From an uncultured Bacteroidaceae bacterium (GTDB taxonomy: Bacteria; Bacteroidota; Bacteroidia; Bacteroidales; GCA-2748055), in assembly GCA_964538375.1 (NCBI GenBank), contig CAZIFQ010000004.1:41529-105528 (forward strand): a stretch of DNA of 64,000 bases. Direction: 5' to 3'. The translations under genes were made by a program, and so were the position numbers. The notes under the pieces are model-generated. The model was given only the letters and a program-made list of their open reading frames with translations. It did no database searches and was not told the origin of the DNA. This document shows, piece after piece, positions 60,875-64,000 of this stretch (the first letter of the stretch is position 1; every line of letters starts with the position of its first letter).

Positions 60875-62017
60875 TTAGTAGGTCAAGACCGAATCAATCA
60901 GAAACGTATCAACCTGATACCATTTTGGATACCACCCGGCACTTATTACTGTATCTTTCAGCCTGCGTCCCCTGTACATCCGATAGCCCAGTGATTCGTA
61001 CTTATATACTGAATAATACTGCCTGTTAACCGAGGATACATCGAATAAACCCAATACAGGTGAGCTTTCATCGCCAACGTTAAATACATTGCCTGTAAGT
61101 TGCTGGGGAATGGGATCGAAAATCTGTCCGCTGGCCTGCAACTGCTCACCGGCTTCTTCATAGTATTGGTATATATTTTTATCGCACTGATAGATATCTA
61201 CCGGAATCACCCATTCTATAAACTCGTAATCGGTATATAAACTAAAATTATAACAATCGGGGTCGGCAGGAAGGAACATGGGGATAACTGTTCTCTCGGA
61301 AGGTGAATAATTTATATCAGCCGACAGATTGCCAATTTTGGGAAATTCTGTATTTGTAAAACCCTCGTATACATCATACACGGTGTCGTAGCGTATCTCA
61401 TATATATAATTATAATCTCCCTCCGACACAACATACTCACGTGAACGCCGATTGCGGGTTTGGGAATGTACGTAATAATCTGCGCGTGCACGGTACCACA
61501 GATCGTGTTGTGGCTGATTTAGCCGTGCCTGTAGAATAATCCCCTGCCTGTCCAATGTAAAGAACTCACCATCTGCATTCTTTTCTACAGTTGATAAGGT
61601 GTTGTATTCAAAAAATATAATTTCTACTGCCACAGTATCCTTCAATTCCTGATCTTCCGACTTCAGTATTTCGCCGTTGGGTAAATGCACTTCCAGGGTA
61701 TATATGGTATTTGTATGTGGCGTAAATTCCAGGGGAAAGCTATACTGCCCCTTGGCGGTTTCTGTAAGTTGATATTGATTTCCTTCGCCATCACTTATGA
61801 CAACCAGATCGGTCGGGACATACTCTTTTTTTGTCTCTGTATACGGCATCGCATAGTACAATTCGAAGGTGTTCAGGGCATCCAGATTACTCAGACGACT
61901 ACTCAGCACAGGTATCTTCTCGCTGGCATCAAGTGCTTCGTTTAAGTAGGGCTCCTGGCAGGCTGATACGAAAGCCATGCAGAGCAGGAGGACGCTATTT
62001 TTACAGAACTTCTTCAT
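60875..62017 (-). CDS. DUF4249 family lipoprotein
   Basis: 380-aa ORF. Lipoprotein signal (LLLCMAFVSAC). Sits directly downstream of a TBDR, as is typical for DUF4249. Confidence 0.65.
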   Translation of the reverse strand: MKKFCKNSVLLLCMAFVSACQEPYLNEALDASEKIPVLSSRLSNLDALNTFELYYAMPYTETKKEYVPTDLVVISDGEGNQYQLTETAKGQYSFPLEFTPHTNTIYTLEVHLPNGEILKSEDQELKDTVAVEIIFFEYNTLSTVEKNADGEFFTLDRQGIILQARLNQPQHDLWYRARADYYVHSQTRNRRSREYVVSEGDYNYIYEIRYDTVYDVYEGFTNTEFPKIGNLSADINYSPSERTVIPMFLPADPDCYNFSLYTDYEFIEWVIPVDIYQCDKNIYQYYEEAGEQLQASGQIFDPIPQQLTGNVFNVGDESSPVLGLFDVSSVNRQYYSVYKYESLGYRMYRGRRLKDTVISAGWYPKWYQVDTFLIDSVLTY

Positions 62018-62018
62018 G

Positions 62019-64000
62019 CTAAAAAATAAAGTTGTAAGTAATTACCGGCATTGGAATACCAATGAGGTACATCTTATATAAACTGAAAGGCTGATAATTA
62101 TTGTCCTCTGTAGGTACATCTTTTTGATAGAATATTGAATAGGCATTCTTGCGGCCATAAACATTCAGCAGGGAAAAGGTCCAGCTCCCCTTCCACTTCT
62201 TTTTAATTCTCAGACTTTCGTCGATGCTGAGCGAAATATCCAGCCGGTGATAATCAGGAATCCGATATTTATTACGATCAGAATAATATACCAGTTTTTC
62301 GTACTCCAGGTAATAGGTGTATTCCGGCAGGGTAACTGGTCGTCCGCTGGTATAATTAAAATTACATCCCATACGAACCCTTCTGTTAAAACTATAGTTT
62401 AGTCCCACTTTAAGCGCATGAGGTATGTCATAGGCCGAAGGGTAGCGATTGTTGCTGTTAATTATGTCTTCGAACCATTGTCCATCGGTTTGCTTGAAAG
62501 CCCGTGAATAGGTGTAGGAAATATTTCCTTGAAGTTTTCCCCTGCTTTTCTTCAGGAAAAGCTCAATACCATAATTGGTACCTGTAGCCGGCAACAATTC
62601 TGTTTCAAGATTGGGATTGAATTGCAGATCCGCGCCATTTCGGTATTCCGTCAGATTTTGCAAATATTTGGTATACACTTCAGCTGAAAACTCGTAGGTG
62701 TTTTCTTCGAAATTCTGGTAATACCCAAGTGCTATCTGATCGGCAATTACCGGCCTGAGGTAGGGGTCTGACAATTTCCAAACATCTTCAGGTGTGGTAA
62801 TGGAGGTATAGGACAGACGTGTCAGGTATTGCTTATTCCGGTTGTAGCTGAGCTTTATGGAATTGTTCTTCCCCAGCATATACTTCATCGACAATCGGGG
62901 TTCCAGGCCTCCGTATTTACTAACACTTTCACCTGCGCCATATACAGAACTATCGCTTACATTTTCGGGGTGCATGGGTTCGCCGGGAACATAGGCATAT
63001 ACGGTTGCCGGCCCGAGAAAATTATACAGTGTATAGCGTAAGCCCAGTTGTACTGTGAACCGCGAAGCAAAGGTGATTTCATCTAAAACAAAACCTGAGA
63101 TTTCATAAGCTGTTTCCAGGTGGGGATCGTAAACAGAAATTTCACTGTTGTTCAGAGGATTCCTCTCTCCCGGATTCACAGAGTAATGACTTGCCTGCAT
63201 ACCCAGCGTCAACTTCTGTATTCCCGGGCCCTGGTATTTTGCCTGTATTTTTCCCGATAAGGACTCAATGCCGGTTTGTAGTTCATAACGATATGATTCG
63301 TGGTAATTATTATCGCTGGCCAGGTTATAACTGCTATAATCGGCTTCAAAATCCAGAAAGAATACCGTGCTGAAAATATGGGTCCAGGATGCAGAAAAGA
63401 GACTGTTGTTATAATCGTAAGCCACATTACTGGCATATTTAAAGTAATCGTGACTGTGATAGGCAAATAGTGTTAAGAGGTTTTCCTTCAGGTTTATATT
63501 TACTGTTGCGCTGACATCGTAAAAAGAAGCTGAACTATTTTGCAGGTTGTAATCAGGCATATGGGTAAGCAGGTAATCGGAATAGCTTGAACGCCCGCCC
63601 AACTTTAACTTTACCAGATCCTTTGCCAATGGCGTTTCCAACAGTAAACGGCTGCTAAAAAGGCCTATCCCGCCCTTTAACTTAAATTCATCGATGGCAG
63701 GATCGGCTATTTTAATATCCATGACCGAAGATATGCCCTGGCCGTATTCGACCGGGATATGCCCCTTATATAAGGTAACATTGTTAAGTGCATCAGGATT
63801 TATTACTGACAAAAGGCCCATTACATGTGAGGTATTATACAAAGGACTATTCTCCAGCAGGAACAGGTTCTGATCTTCGCTTCCTCCCCTTACATTAATC
63901 CCCGAACCAAATTCGCTCGCCGTTTTTACCCCTGGCATTGTGGCAAAGCTCTTGATAATATCCGGCTCACCCACCAGTGATGGCAGGTGCTTAATGAACT
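62019..64000 (-). CDS. TonB-dependent receptor (partial; N-terminus beyond window end)
   Basis: The frame stays open to position 64000. Plug motifs GEPDIIKSFATMPGV and VRGGSEDQNLFLLENSPLYN, a long beta-barrel, and a C-terminal ...YNFIF. Confidence 0.88.
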   Translation of the reverse strand, partial: FIKHLPSLVGEPDIIKSFATMPGVKTASEFGSGINVRGGSEDQNLFLLENSPLYNTSHVMGLLSVINPDALNNVTLYKGHIPVEYGQGISSVMDIKIADPAIDEFKLKGGIGLFSSRLLLETPLAKDLVKLKLGGRSSYSDYLLTHMPDYNLQNSSASFYDVSATVNINLKENLLTLFAYHSHDYFKYASNVAYDYNNSLFSASWTHIFSTVFFLDFEADYSSYNLASDNNYHESYRYELQTGIESLSGKIQAKYQGPGIQKLTLGMQASHYSVNPGERNPLNNSEISVYDPHLETAYEISGFVLDEITFASRFTVQLGLRYTLYNFLGPATVYAYVPGEPMHPENVSDSSVYGAGESVSKYGGLEPRLSMKYMLGKNNSIKLSYNRNKQYLTRLSYTSITTPEDVWKLSDPYLRPVIADQIALGYYQNFEENTYEFSAEVYTKYLQNLTEYRNGADLQFNPNLETELLPATGTNYGIELFLKKSRGKLQGNISYTYSRAFKQTDGQWFEDIINSNNRYPSAYDIPHALKVGLNYSFNRRVRMGCNFNYTSGRPVTLPEYTYYLEYEKLVYYSDRNKYRIPDYHRLDISLSIDESLRIKKKWKGSWTFSLLNVYGRKNAYSIFYQKDVPTEDNNYQPFSLYKMYLIGIPMPVITYNFIF

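Noticed and set aside
52387-64000. Calling the right-hand block a mobile genomic island
   Set aside because: No integrase, transposase, tRNA attachment site or flanking direct repeats are visible in the window. Only a tentative compositional impression and a decayed junction support lateral origin, so it is reported as a finding, not as a mobile_element feature.

Overview
This 64-kb chromosomal window reads as an anaerobic member of the phylum Bacteroidota. Supporting signs: A/T-rich start-codon contexts without Shine-Dalgarno, several perfect TAnnTTTG -7 promoter boxes, a 287-aa primary sigma factor, a Rho with a long low-complexity insertion, a T9SS C-terminal sorting domain, a hybrid two-component (HTCS) regulator and a plug-type TonB-dependent receptor (TBDR). 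Positions 1-51.5 kb are dense housekeeping genes: rseC-like/rnfB/rnfC, recG, a guaB + periplasmic chaperone + OstA-like operon, recQ-DUF5063-exonuclease-rlmI, rpoD, rho, nifJ (PFOR), ruvX, def, comEC, trkAH, tsaC, rmuC, SRP RNA, two glycosyltransferases, miaA, aconitase and gap. Positions 51.6-52.4 kb hold a decayed nuclease-helicase remnant plus orphan hairpins. Positions 52.4-64 kb look accessory: a GH5-CBM6-T9SS glycanase, an HTCS, and a tightly packed four-gene outer-membrane module (TBDR / DUF4249 lipoprotein / barrel-less plug-like protein / unknown secreted protein). That module is my best candidate for an undescribed system. I saw no CRISPR array, tRNA, rRNA, transposase, integrase or recognisable defence system. 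Items absent from the ORF track: an SRP RNA with its own promoter, a 41-aa lipoprotein gene, a 9-bp x9 tandem array, a pair of 57-bp direct repeats, three dispersed TGCYCAC heptamer arrays, two copies of a GC-rich palindrome, and a 27-bp x4 in-frame repeat inside rho. All product calls come from motif recognition by eye; nothing was verified by a database search.
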